Source of the DNA: Candidatus Kuenenia sp.
GTDB taxonomy: Bacteria; Planctomycetota; Planctomycetia; Pirellulales; UBA1268
Reading direction: 5' to 3'
Length of the DNA: 42,126 bases
Assembly (NCBI GenBank): GCA_038144795.1
Contig: JAYQOK010000002.1
Span: forward strand, 6,769-48,894
Position numbers and translations under genes: made by a program. A model generated the notes under the pieces. It saw nothing but the letters and a program-made list of their open reading frames with translations, was not told the DNA's origin and did no database searches. Shown one piece after another: positions 28,021 to 36,015 of this stretch (the stretch's first letter is position 1; every line of letters starts with the position of its first letter).

Positions 28021-28407
28021 GTGACGGATAGCTCCAAACCTGAGTCGACTCTCGATTGGCTGGTCGGAGTACCGCTTCTCCTCCTAATCGGTGCGGTTGC
28101 AGTCGTGGTGGTCTCGCCGATACTGCTCGCGCGTGCGTTCATTCGGACCATCTGCCCCAGGTGTCACATCCCCGTGGCGAGGAAAATCCTTGCAACGACC
28201 TTCGATCGAGAAAACGTTAAATTCAACGTCGATCACTACCGTGTCTCGTGTGCCTGCCGTTGGTGCGGCAGTCGGTGGGACTACGAAAAGTTGCTCGGAG
28301 CCGACTTGCGCAGAGTTGACTTCCATGAAGGCGGTACACTCCGGGGCCCTCCGGGGCTGTCCTCGGGTAGCACCTTCAGTTCAATCCGAAAGCCCAGCGA
28401 TTCCTGA
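28021..28407 (+). CDS. Cassette 6: membrane-anchored putative zinc-ribbon protein
   Basis: One TM followed by CPRC and CACRWC cysteine clusters. Confidence 0.7.
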   Translation: MTDSSKPESTLDWLVGVPLLLLIGAVAVVVVSPILLARAFIRTICPRCHIPVARKILATTFDRENVKFNVDHYRVSCACRWCGSRWDYEKLLGADLRRVDFHEGGTLRGPPGLSSGSTFSSIRKPSDS

Positions 28408-28418
28408 CACCAATCGCA

Positions 28419-28510
28419 GTATCACAATCGAATGCACCGGATTTGCCACCGGTGCCGATTCCTGAAGTTGAGTGTCGCTGGCGGCAACCCGGTGATGCGT
28501 GTCGTTAGGA
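28419..28510 (+). other. attC site 6 (92 bp), degenerate inverse core
   Basis: GTATCAC (GTATAAC expected)...CGAAT[G]CACCGG[A]TTTGCC / GGCAAC-CCGGTG-ATGCG...GTTAGGA; right arm nearly identical to attC5. Confidence 0.88.
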
Positions 28511-28522
28511 GCACCCTGCAAC

Positions 28523-28777
28523 ATGCCCGCGATGAAGTTTCTGCTCTGGCTAACGTTATCCGGCTTTGCGGTTGCGGTCGGCGGCCTTGTTCATCGCGCA
28601 CTCGCGGTAGGCGTGCCGTATCAAGATCCCACTCCTGCCCAAGCCGCTGCGGAGCGGGTGTCCGTCGCTATCAGCGACTTGGCAATGGGTAGCGGTATAG
28701 TCATGTTGCTCGTGGGCCTCGTTGGGATGGCATTCATCGGCGTAGGCCGTCTGGTGAAATTGAAAGCCGGCTCCTAA
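28523..28777 (+). CDS. Cassette 7: small 2-TM membrane protein
   Basis: Start at ATG 28523 or 28532; two hydrophobic helices around GVPYQDPTP; stop TAA inside the attC7 inverse core TCCTAAC. Confidence 0.78.
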   Translation: MPAMKFLLWLTLSGFAVAVGGLVHRALAVGVPYQDPTPAQAAAERVSVAISDLAMGSGIVMLLVGLVGMAFIGVGRLVKLKAGS

Positions 28778-28861
28778 CCATACGATGCAAAGGACTCGCG
28801 GGTATCGTCATGGGTGATTGCTGCCCCGAGGGCCGCGAGCCTTTGATCTTTGCCGTTCGGC
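28772..28861 (+). other. attC site 7 (90 bp)
   Basis: TCCTAAC...GAT[G]CAAAGG[A]CTCGCGG / CCGCGAG-CCTTTG-ATC...GTTCGGC. Confidence 0.9.
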
Positions 28862-28934
28862 CGGATCAGTTTAGACGTTGCGTCATGCTGAAAGCAATTG
28901 TTTCAAAACGCCTAACCCTCTGAAAGTGTATCTC

Positions 28935-29363
28935 ATGAACAGTCTATTTTCGTTACATCTTGGCTGCCGCCTCGCGGTTTTGGTTGTTCTGGTTTTTAAT
29001 GTTGGATGCGGAACTCAGAGGAACTCCCGAACTACTTCGACGACGCCTACTTCGGAGGATGACATTCCAGCAGCATCCTTTATGGAGCGAATTGATGACC
29101 ACGATAGAAAACATCTCCTTGAGTGGTTTACTGCTGAAAAACCGATGGACGAGATTTACAGGTGGTTTGACACAGAGTTGCCAAAGGCTGGATGGCAACG
29201 CATTTCTGATGCGGAAGATCACCCAATTACCAGGACACTCCAGTTTCAAAAGGGTGACAGGAAATGCAAAATAGAAATCTCTGGTTTTATGACCGGCGGC
29301 ACCATGTCAAACCCTCAAGTTGATTCAAAGTTTTTTATTGAAATATGGCCAAACCTAAAGTAA
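28935..29363 (+). CDS. Cassette 8: putative lipoprotein
   Basis: MNSLFSLHLGCRLAVLVVLVFNVGC (lipobox-like), Ser/Thr linker, then YRWFDTELPKAGW; AT-rich. The ORF track starts at TTG 28878. Confidence 0.72.
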   Translation: MNSLFSLHLGCRLAVLVVLVFNVGCGTQRNSRTTSTTPTSEDDIPAASFMERIDDHDRKHLLEWFTAEKPMDEIYRWFDTELPKAGWQRISDAEDHPITRTLQFQKGDRKCKIEISGFMTGGTMSNPQVDSKFFIEIWPNLK

Positions 29364-29443
29364 CATGCAGTGTTTACCATTAGTCGACTGTTACGTGAAC
29401 GACGCCGATCGATGTCCTTCTGAACTAAATCAGAAGCAATCAG

Positions 29444-29534
29444 ACATAGCCAAGCGGTGAACCGGAACCGCCGATCACGCGGATTTCTGAAGTCAGAATT
29501 CTTGGCGGCGGCCCGGTTACCGCCGCCGTTATGT
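29444..29534 (+). other. attC site 8 (91 bp), degenerate inverse core
   Basis: ACATAGC (AAC replaced by AGC)...GCGGT[G]AACCGG[A]ACCGCCG / CGGCGGC-CCGGTT-ACCGC...GTTATGT. Confidence 0.85.
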
Positions 29535-29667
29535 GGCGGAGAGCGACAACGGCGCTGGCGGGTGAGCGATCACCTGAATCAACGCTTGGCCACGTTGTTC
29601 GGGCAACCGCCTACCTCGCGTTCATTTTCCCTTTCCTCCTCATGGGTGACGGGAGAGTGGAGGAGGA

Positions 29668-29723
29668 CAGGCTCGCCATGCCCCGAGGCTACCGTGCCGC
29701 CGCCGTCTCCGGAAACCGGTCCT
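29668..29723. repeat. Right copy of 56-bp direct repeat (contains the functional carB stop)
   Basis: CAGGCTCGCCATGCCCCGAGGCTACCGTGCCGCCGCCGTCTCCGGAAACCGGTCCT; two mismatches versus 23726-23781. Confidence 0.95.
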
Positions 29724-32700
29724 GGATCGCCTGCACTGAGAGCAGGTCGTTCCGCATCGCCTCCATAGCCCGCACACAGGCCTCGGCGGCCGGCAGTGTC
29801 GTGATGCAAGGCACGCCATACTGCACGCTCGCCGCCCGAATCCGCCCCTCGTCGGTACGGGCCCCCTTCCCCCGCGGCGTATTGAAGATGAGGTGCACGC
29901 GGCCGTCGATCAGATAGTCGAGCAGGTTGGGATGCCCTTCCTGGAGCTTCCGCATCGGCTCGACCGGAATCCCCGCCGCCGTAAGGGCGCGGGCCGTGCC
30001 TTCCGTCGCGATCAGTTCGAAACCGAGCGCCACCAGCCTCCCCGCCAGTCCCACCATCGATTCCTTGGCCTGCGGGCTGGCAACGCTCAAAAAGATCCGC
30101 CCCTCGCGGGGCAGGAGGATGCCGGCGGCGATCTGACTCTTGGCAAAAGCGATGCTGAACTGCTCGCTCACCCCCATCACCTCGCCGGTGCTCCGCATCT
30201 CCGGGCCCAGGGCGATATCGACGCCGGCAAACTTCACAAACGGAAACACGCTCTCCTTCACACTGCGATGGGCCGGCACCGGATCGGCGTCGATTCCCTG
30301 CTCGGCCAGACCGAGCCCCGCCATCACCTTCACCGCCACCTTCGCCACCGGCAGGCCCGTCGCCTTGGCGACGAAAGGCACGGTGCGACTGGCACGCGGA
30401 TTGACCTCGATCACGTAAAGCGTGGGCGTGCCGTCTTCCTTCTTGACGGCAAACTGCACGTTCATCAGGCCGATCACGCCAAGGCTCTTCGCCATCTCGG
30501 TAGCGGCGGCCTTGATCTCGTCGACCACTTCGGCCGAGAGGCTGTGCGGCGGGATGCAGCAGGCTGAGTCGCCGGAATGTACCCCCGCTTCTTCAATGTG
30601 TTCCATCACGCCGGCCACGATCACGTCGCGGCCGTCACTGATACAATCGACATCGACTTCGATCGCATCCTCGAGAAACCGGTCGATCAAGACCGGCTGC
30701 CCCTGAGCCACCGCAAAGGCCTCTGCCACATACCGCTCGAACTGCACCGTGTCGTAGCAGATCTCCATCGCCCGGCCACCAAGCACGAAGCTCGGCCGCA
30801 CGAGGCTCGGGAATCCGATCCGGGCCACCTCCCGCCGGGCCTGCTCGAGCGTGCGGGCGATACCGCTGGCCGGCTGCCTAAGGCCGAGGCGGTCGAGCAG
30901 CTCGCGAAACTTCTCGCGATCCTCCGCCGTCTCGATCGTGTCGACGGTCGTGCCGATGATCGGCAGGCCGGCGGCATGGAGGGCTCGAGCAAGGTTGAGT
31001 GGGGTCTGGCCCCCGAGTTGCACGATCACGCCGTCGGGCTGGATGCGATCGGCGATATTGAGCACATCCTCGCAGGTGAGCGGCTCGAAGAAGAGCATGT
31101 CGCTCGTGTCATAGTCGGTGCTTACCGTCTCAGGATTGGAGTTGACCATCACGCTCTCGATCCCCATCTCGCGAAGCGCGAAGCTGGCATGGCAGCAGCA
31201 GTAGTCAAACTCGATCCCTTGCCCGATCCTGTTGGGCCCACCCCCGAGGATCATCACCCGCTTGCGGCCCGGCTCCTTGGGCCGCGTTTCGTCCTCGTCT
31301 TCCCAGGTCGAATAGTAGTAAGGCGTCTGGGCCTCGAACTCGGCAGCGCAGGTATCGACCGACTTGTAGGTGGCGACCACACCCCGTCGCTTCCTCTCCT
31401 CGCGAACATCCATCTCCGAACTGCCGAGCATCACAGCCAGTTGCCTGTCAGAGAAGCCATATTGCTTGGCCTGCCGCAGGAGCCCCGTGTCGATCGCCGC
31501 CAGCGACCCGACCTCGCGAAGCAGGCTCTCCAGTTCCACGATCTGCAGCAACTGGTCGAGAAACCAGGGGTCGATCGCCGTCAACGAATGTAGTTCATCG
31601 ACCGTCATCCCCGCCTTCAGGGCATACCGCAGATACCACACGCGATCTGGGTCGGGCGTAGACACGCGGGCACGGATATCGTCAGGCGATGGCTCCGCCG
31701 CCGTACCCCATAGATCCTTGCCGTCGCAGCCGAATCCGAACGAGCCCACCTCCAGGCCGCGGAGCGCCTTCTGAAAGGCCTCCTTAAAAGTCCGCCCGAT
31801 CGCCATCGTCTCCCCTACGCTCTTCATCTGCGTGGTGAGCCGGCTGTCGGCCTCGGGAAACTTCTCGAAGGCAAACCGCGGCACCTTGACGACGACATAG
31901 TCGATCGACGGCTCAAAGCAGGCCATCGTCTTCCGAGTGATGTCATTGGCCAGTTCATGTAGACGCCAACCAACAGCAAGCTTGGCGGCTATTTTTGCGA
32001 TCGGAAACCCGGTGGCCTTACTGGCCAAAGCCGAAGAGCGACTCACGCGGGGGTTCATCTCGATCACGATCATCCGGCCGGTCCGTGGATCAACGGCGAA
32101 TTGGATATTGGAGCCGCCGGTCGCTACGCCGATCGCACGAATGACGGCAAAACTGGCATCCCGCATCCGCTGATACTGCTTGTCGGTGAGCGTCATTGCC
32201 GGGGCGACAGTAATTGAGTCGCCGGTGTGCACGCCACAGGGATCGAAATTTTCGATGGAGCAGATGACGACGGCATTGTCGTCGGCATCCCGCATCACCT
32301 CCATCTCGTATTCCTTCCAACCGAGAATCGATTCCTCGACGAGTACTTCGCTGACTGGCGAAAGGTCGAGGCCCCGCTGGACCTTGTGGTCGAATTCCTC
32401 ACGGTTGTAAGCAACGCCTGATCCGGAGCCACCAAGCGTGAAGCTCGGACGGATGACAGCAGGCAGGCCGATCTCGGCGAGCACCTCACGAGCCTCGGGC
32501 AGACTTTTCACAATCTGGCCACGGCAGGTGTCGAGACCGATCTTCTGCATCGTTTCCTTAAAGATCTCCCGATCCTCACCCCGCTTGATCGCGTCTGCCC
32601 TGGCGCCGATCATCTCCACGCCGTGCTTGGCGAGGATGCCGCGGCTGTCAAGCTCCATCGCGAGGTTGAGCGCTGTCTGGCCGCCCAGCGTCGGCAGCAC

Positions 32701-32955
32701 CGCATCGGGCTTCTCGACCTCGATAACCTTCTCGAGCATCTCCCAGGTGAGTGGCTCGATGTAGGTGCGGTCAGCCGTGCCCGGGTCGGTCATGATCGTA
32801 GCCGGGTTGGAATTCACGAGCACTACCCTGTAGCCGTCTTCCCGAAGGGCCTTGCAGGCCTGGGTGCCGGAGTAGTCGAACTCGCAGGCCTGACCGATGA
32901 CGATGGGGCCAGAACCAATGAGGAGGATTGTGTGGAAGTCGTCGCGGCGGGGCAT
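29689..32955 (-). CDS. carB: Carbamoyl-phosphate synthase large subunit
   Basis: Start MPRRDD...[22 protein letters not shown]; duplicated ATP-grasp ([19 protein letters not shown]); [14 protein letters not shown]; C-terminal MGS domain. Confidence 0.97.
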   Translation of the reverse strand: MPRRDDFHTILLIGSGPIVIGQACEFDYSGTQACKALREDGYRVVLVNSNPATIMTDPGTADRTYIEPLTWEMLEKVIEVEKPDAVLPTLGGQTALNLAMELDSRGILAKHGVEMIGARADAIKRGEDREIFKETMQKIGLDTCRGQIVKSLPEAREVLAEIGLPAVIRPSFTLGGSGSGVAYNREEFDHKVQRGLDLSPVSEVLVEESILGWKEYEMEVMRDADDNAVVICSIENFDPCGVHTGDSITVAPAMTLTDKQYQRMRDASFAVIRAIGVATGGSNIQFAVDPRTGRMIVIEMNPRVSRSSALASKATGFPIAKIAAKLAVGWRLHELANDITRKTMACFEPSIDYVVVKVPRFAFEKFPEADSRLTTQMKSVGETMAIGRTFKEAFQKALRGLEVGSFGFGCDGKDLWGTAAEPSPDDIRARVSTPDPDRVWYLRYALKAGMTVDELHSLTAIDPWFLDQLLQIVELESLLREVGSLAAIDTGLLRQAKQYGFSDRQLAVMLGSSEMDVREERKRRGVVATYKSVDTCAAEFEAQTPYYYSTWEDEDETRPKEPGRKRVMILGGGPNRIGQGIEFDYCCCHASFALREMGIESVMVNSNPETVSTDYDTSDMLFFEPLTCEDVLNIADRIQPDGVIVQLGGQTPLNLARALHAAGLPIIGTTVDTIETAEDREKFRELLDRLGLRQPASGIARTLEQARREVARIGFPSLVRPSFVLGGRAMEICYDTVQFERYVAEAFAVAQGQPVLIDRFLEDAIEVDVDCISDGRDVIVAGVMEHIEEAGVHSGDSACCIPPHSLSAEVVDEIKAAATEMAKSLGVIGLMNVQFAVKKEDGTPTLYVIEVNPRASRTVPFVAKATGLPVAKVAVKVMAGLGLAEQGIDADPVPAHRSVKESVFPFVKFAGVDIALGPEMRSTGEVMGVSEQFSIAFAKSQIAAGILLPREGRIFLSVASPQAKESMVGLAGRLVALGFELIATEGTARALTAAGIPVEPMRKLQEGHPNLLDYLIDGRVHLIFNTPRGKGARTDEGRIRAASVQYGVPCITTLPAAEACVRAMEAMRNDLLSVQAIQDRFPETAAAR

Positions 32956-33094
32956 GGCGTTTCGGAGGGTGACGGGCGGGAAAAAACAAATTTCCCAAAG
33001 GTAGCACGGGTCCCCTTTTCTCTTCAACGAGCCGCTAAAATCTGCGGGAGTTTCACCGTCTTGCTGCCCTCGTACTTTTTCGGAGCCTCCATCC

Positions 33095-33631
33095 ATGTCC
33101 ATTGCCACGCCCGCGCTCGATGCCCTGCGCGATACCCTAGCCGACGAATTCAAAGACACCCGCCTCAATCTCGCGAGCGTGCTGGCCGGCGAAAACCTCG
33201 ATCCTGCGAAGGCGTTTGGCGTGGCTCTTTCGGCAGCCCGGTTCGTCCGGGCCAAAAAACTGGTGGCAGCTTTGGAATCGGATATTCATGCCGGCCTCGG
33301 CAACGCAGCTGCGGCCATGATTTCCGATGCCGTCGCCGCCGCCGGAGTGATGGCGATGAACACAGTCTACTATCGATTTCGCCATATGCTGGCGAAGGAG
33401 AGCTACGAGGCCCGGGCGCCGCGGCTGCGGATGAGCCGAATGGCTCAGCCCGCCACCGACAAGCAGACCTTCGAACTGATGAGTCTCGCCTGTGCGGCAC
33501 TGGCCGGCTGCGAACTCTGCATCCGCAACCATGAGGCTCACCTCATTGACGCGGGCGCGAGCGAAGACGCCTGCCACGACGCCGTTCGCATCGCTGCCGC
33601 GATCAACGCTGCAGCGGTTGCGCTGGCATGA
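33095..33631 (+). CDS. ahpD: Alkylhydroperoxidase AhpD (carboxymuconolactone decarboxylase family)
   Basis: [36 protein letters not shown] (CxxC plus His). Confidence 0.85.
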   Translation: MSIATPALDALRDTLADEFKDTRLNLASVLAGENLDPAKAFGVALSAARFVRAKKLVAALESDIHAGLGNAAAAMISDAVAAAGVMAMNTVYYRFRHMLAKESYEARAPRLRMSRMAQPATDKQTFELMSLACAALAGCELCIRNHEAHLIDAGASEDACHDAVRIAAAINAAAVALA

Positions 33632-33941
33632 GCTCCCGCAGATACTCGAGAGTGTAGATACCGCTGTCGTGGCCGTCGGAGAAGGTGATCTTGTAGGCAT
33701 ACTGCCCCACCGGGCTCATTCCGGTAATCGTCAACGGGGCAATCTCTTCGGGCGTGAGTACCTGCAAGAGACCTGCCCCTGCTGCCCCCACTGTTTCGGC
33801 CCGCTTCTCCCGGCAGGAAGCGCACGGGCATGCATCGCGGAGCAGTCGCGGCGTGGCCACACATTCGGCGCCGTCGTTCCAGGCGATCTTGATTGATCCG
33901 TCGTCACGGCGGCGGATCGCCACGGGAATCAGATGGTTCAT
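33603..33941 (-). CDS. DUF971 / GBBH-like N-terminal domain protein
   Basis: LRDACPCASC, VGQYA, FSDGHDSGIYTLEYL. Confidence 0.85.
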   Translation of the reverse strand: MNHLIPVAIRRRDDGSIKIAWNDGAECVATPRLLRDACPCASCREKRAETVGAAGAGLLQVLTPEEIAPLTITGMSPVGQYAYKITFSDGHDSGIYTLEYLRELMPAQPLQR

Positions 33942-35263
33942 GGTATGGGTCGCCTCGTCACACGGGACCGCTCATCGATGATGCGACGGCCTTTGCCCTC
34001 GAACCGCGGCAGGCTGCCGACCGGAGCAGTCGCTACTTCAACGCGCAGCCCGAGCCGGAGTCGCAGTTCCGCGGCGACGCGGCCAGGATCATCAAGATGA
34101 TCTTCTATTTCCAGAAATATCATATCGAGACTGTCATGAGTGGACACGGTGAGCCGGTATTCGACAACCTCGGGAAAACTGCGGACGATGTCATCGACTG
34201 CCCCCGGAAAGATGTTGACACCGCGCACGATCAGCATGTCATCGGCCCTACCGAGTACGCCGCCCTCGAGCCAAACCCATGGACATCCGCCAGCGGTCAG
34301 TTCTTCGTCACTCGGCCAACAAGGACGCACAAGGTCGCCCGTTCGATACCGGATTACCGGCGCACCAGCACGGCCGAGCGTTGTGAGCACCAACTCGGAA
34401 AGTTCACCCGCCACCGCCGGCCGGCCGGTATCGACCGCAAAAAACTCGGGATGAAACCAAGGCTCAATCACATTGAGACCATGGCCTCTTTGGTCACCCA
34501 CGCCCCACGGCCCCACCTCCGTAGCGCCAGCGTGATCAAGCACTGCGGCCCCCCAAAGCTCCGCCAACTGTGACCGCACCGCGGGCGATGACCCCCCCGG
34601 CTCACCGGCCACGATGACCAGTCGTACGGCGAGGGAAGCCGTATCGATTTTTTGCGTTTCAGCCACTTCAGCCAGATGCAACGCGTAACTTGGTGTGGCA
34701 ACAAGCACGGTTGCTCCGACAGAGCGCAGTAGTTCTAAACGGGAGACTGTCGAAAGACCTCCGGATGGGATTGCCATTGCGCCCGTGGTCGCAGCCGCAT
34801 CGAATGCACTCCAGAAACCAACATACGGCCCAAACGACGATGCCACGAAAACGCGGTCACCAGCCCGTACGCGGCCCCGTTCCAGCACGACTCGCCAGCA
34901 CTCCATCCACCACTGCCAGTCCGCAGCAGTATCGAAGACGGCCAGCGGTCGACCATGGGTGCCGCTGGTCTGGTGGTAGCGCACGTACCGCTCAACAGGA
35001 TAGGTCAGGTTGCCGGGATGGGCCGGCTGCCCTGCGGCCACAGCCATGCCCGCCGCCTCGACCAACTCATCCTTGAAGGTGAATGGCCATTCAGCCAGTG
35101 TGTCGAGTGATTCGATCGCTGCCGGCTCAGGCACGCGGGCCAACTTGGCCGCGTAAAAACCGTTGTCAGGAAGTATTTCTTCCAGCAGGCAGCGAAGCCG
35201 CGTGAGTTTCAGCGCATCGAGCGTTGCCCGATCGCTGGCATGGTGATGGAAGGATTCGGACAT
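33938..35263 (-). CDS. Phenylacetate-CoA ligase family protein (PaaK-like)
   Basis: PFTFKDEL, TSGTHG, ATPSYA, AGEPG, GATEVG, RYRTGD, GRADDMLIVRGVNIFP; start at 35263 or 35296. Confidence 0.85.
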   Translation of the reverse strand: MSESFHHHASDRATLDALKLTRLRCLLEEILPDNGFYAAKLARVPEPAAIESLDTLAEWPFTFKDELVEAAGMAVAAGQPAHPGNLTYPVERYVRYHQTSGTHGRPLAVFDTAADWQWWMECWRVVLERGRVRAGDRVFVASSFGPYVGFWSAFDAAATTGAMAIPSGGLSTVSRLELLRSVGATVLVATPSYALHLAEVAETQKIDTASLAVRLVIVAGEPGGSSPAVRSQLAELWGAAVLDHAGATEVGPWGVGDQRGHGLNVIEPWFHPEFFAVDTGRPAVAGELSELVLTTLGRAGAPVIRYRTGDLVRPCWPSDEELTAGGCPWVWLEGGVLGRADDMLIVRGVNIFPGAVDDIVRSFPEVVEYRLTVSTHDSLDMIFLEIEDHLDDPGRVAAELRLRLGLRVEVATAPVGSLPRFEGKGRRIIDERSRVTRRPIP

Positions 35264-35270
35264 GCAAACA

Positions 35271-35876
35271 TTATGGCACGCCGAGGCTTGGAACACCCTG
35301 CTGTGGCGCGTTTTGTCCCGGAGACTGTAGGCCTTGCATTGGCAGCGGCACCTGTTGCGGCGGAAACACCGGCCCTGGCGGCGGCAGCGGTTGCACAGGC
35401 GTTGGCGGTGGTGCGATCGGTGGCGTCATCAGCGGAACCGGAGTCATTGAACCGCTCCCAGAAGCCAGTCGTGCCACCTCGGCACGCCCCACCACTTCCT
35501 CCGGCGCGATTGCGGCCGCCGGCATCATCGCCAGATCGACCACCCGTTCATCCCGGATCTCCCACGGCCAAAGATTTTCGGTGACGAAATCGAGTGGAAA
35601 AACCTGGTACCACGGCAGTGGGAAGGGCTGCCGAACTGTGAGCGTCTCGTAGCCGTCCTTCACGAGCCGAATCTTGCGGGTACCGTAGTAGACGAAATCG
35701 GTCGAGACAGGTGTTGATCCCAACTGATAATCGTCGACGTACACGAGGGCTCCGGGCGGGTTACTGCGAATAGTCATTCGCCGCTGCACGCAGCCGGCGA
35801 ATGACACCAAGCCCACAAAGCCGATGACAACTGTTGCTGCCAAAACGCGATTCTTTCCACACATGGAGCAAACCAT
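35271..35876 (-). CDS. PEGA-domain lipoprotein with Pro-rich tail
   Basis: Lipobox FAGC, then IRSNPPGALVYVD..LGSTP and KDGYE. Confidence 0.82.
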   Translation of the reverse strand: MVCSMCGKNRVLAATVVIGFVGLVSFAGCVQRRMTIRSNPPGALVYVDDYQLGSTPVSTDFVYYGTRKIRLVKDGYETLTVRQPFPLPWYQVFPLDFVTENLWPWEIRDERVVDLAMMPAAAIAPEEVVGRAEVARLASGSGSMTPVPLMTPPIAPPPTPVQPLPPPGPVFPPQQVPLPMQGLQSPGQNAPQQGVPSLGVP

Positions 35877-36015
35877 AGACTCAGGGAAATTCAGTCGCCA
35901 GACCAGCCCTTCAAGGCCATGGTTGACACCGCGAATGCATATCGCCCTGACTTCGACGTCTCGCTAGAATCTGCAGTTTGCTTCCTTTCTGAACCTCCCC
36001 GGGGCTCTCACAGTT

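Larger units (their letters stand above)
23782..29667 (+). mobile_element. Integron (co-oriented intI, attI-like site, 8 cassettes) bounded by direct repeats
   Basis: IntI-type integrase, eight attC hairpins each downstream of a single co-oriented ORF, visibly lower GC than the flanks, and flanking 56-bp direct repeats. Confidence 0.93.

Noticed and set aside
25097-29534. Recurring palindromic elements as a CRISPR array or REP repeats
   Set aside because: They are ~90-100 bp, divergent, separated by whole genes and have attC architecture; no cas genes are present.
24669-29534. Antibiotic-resistance or toxin-antitoxin cassettes
   Set aside because: No cassette ORF shows motifs I recognise from those families, and each cassette holds a single ORF.
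29531-29723. Idea that circularisation restores the missing IntI N-terminus from the right end
   Set aside because: The in-frame TGA at 23794-23796 would remain, and the plus-strand ORFs at the right end do not resemble an IntI N-terminal domain.
32956-33255. 100-aa N-terminal extension of CarB given by the ORF track
   Set aside because: The conserved CarB start MPRRDD is at 32955; the extension overlaps ahpD on the other strand. Similar over-extensions were trimmed for recQ, livG and livM.
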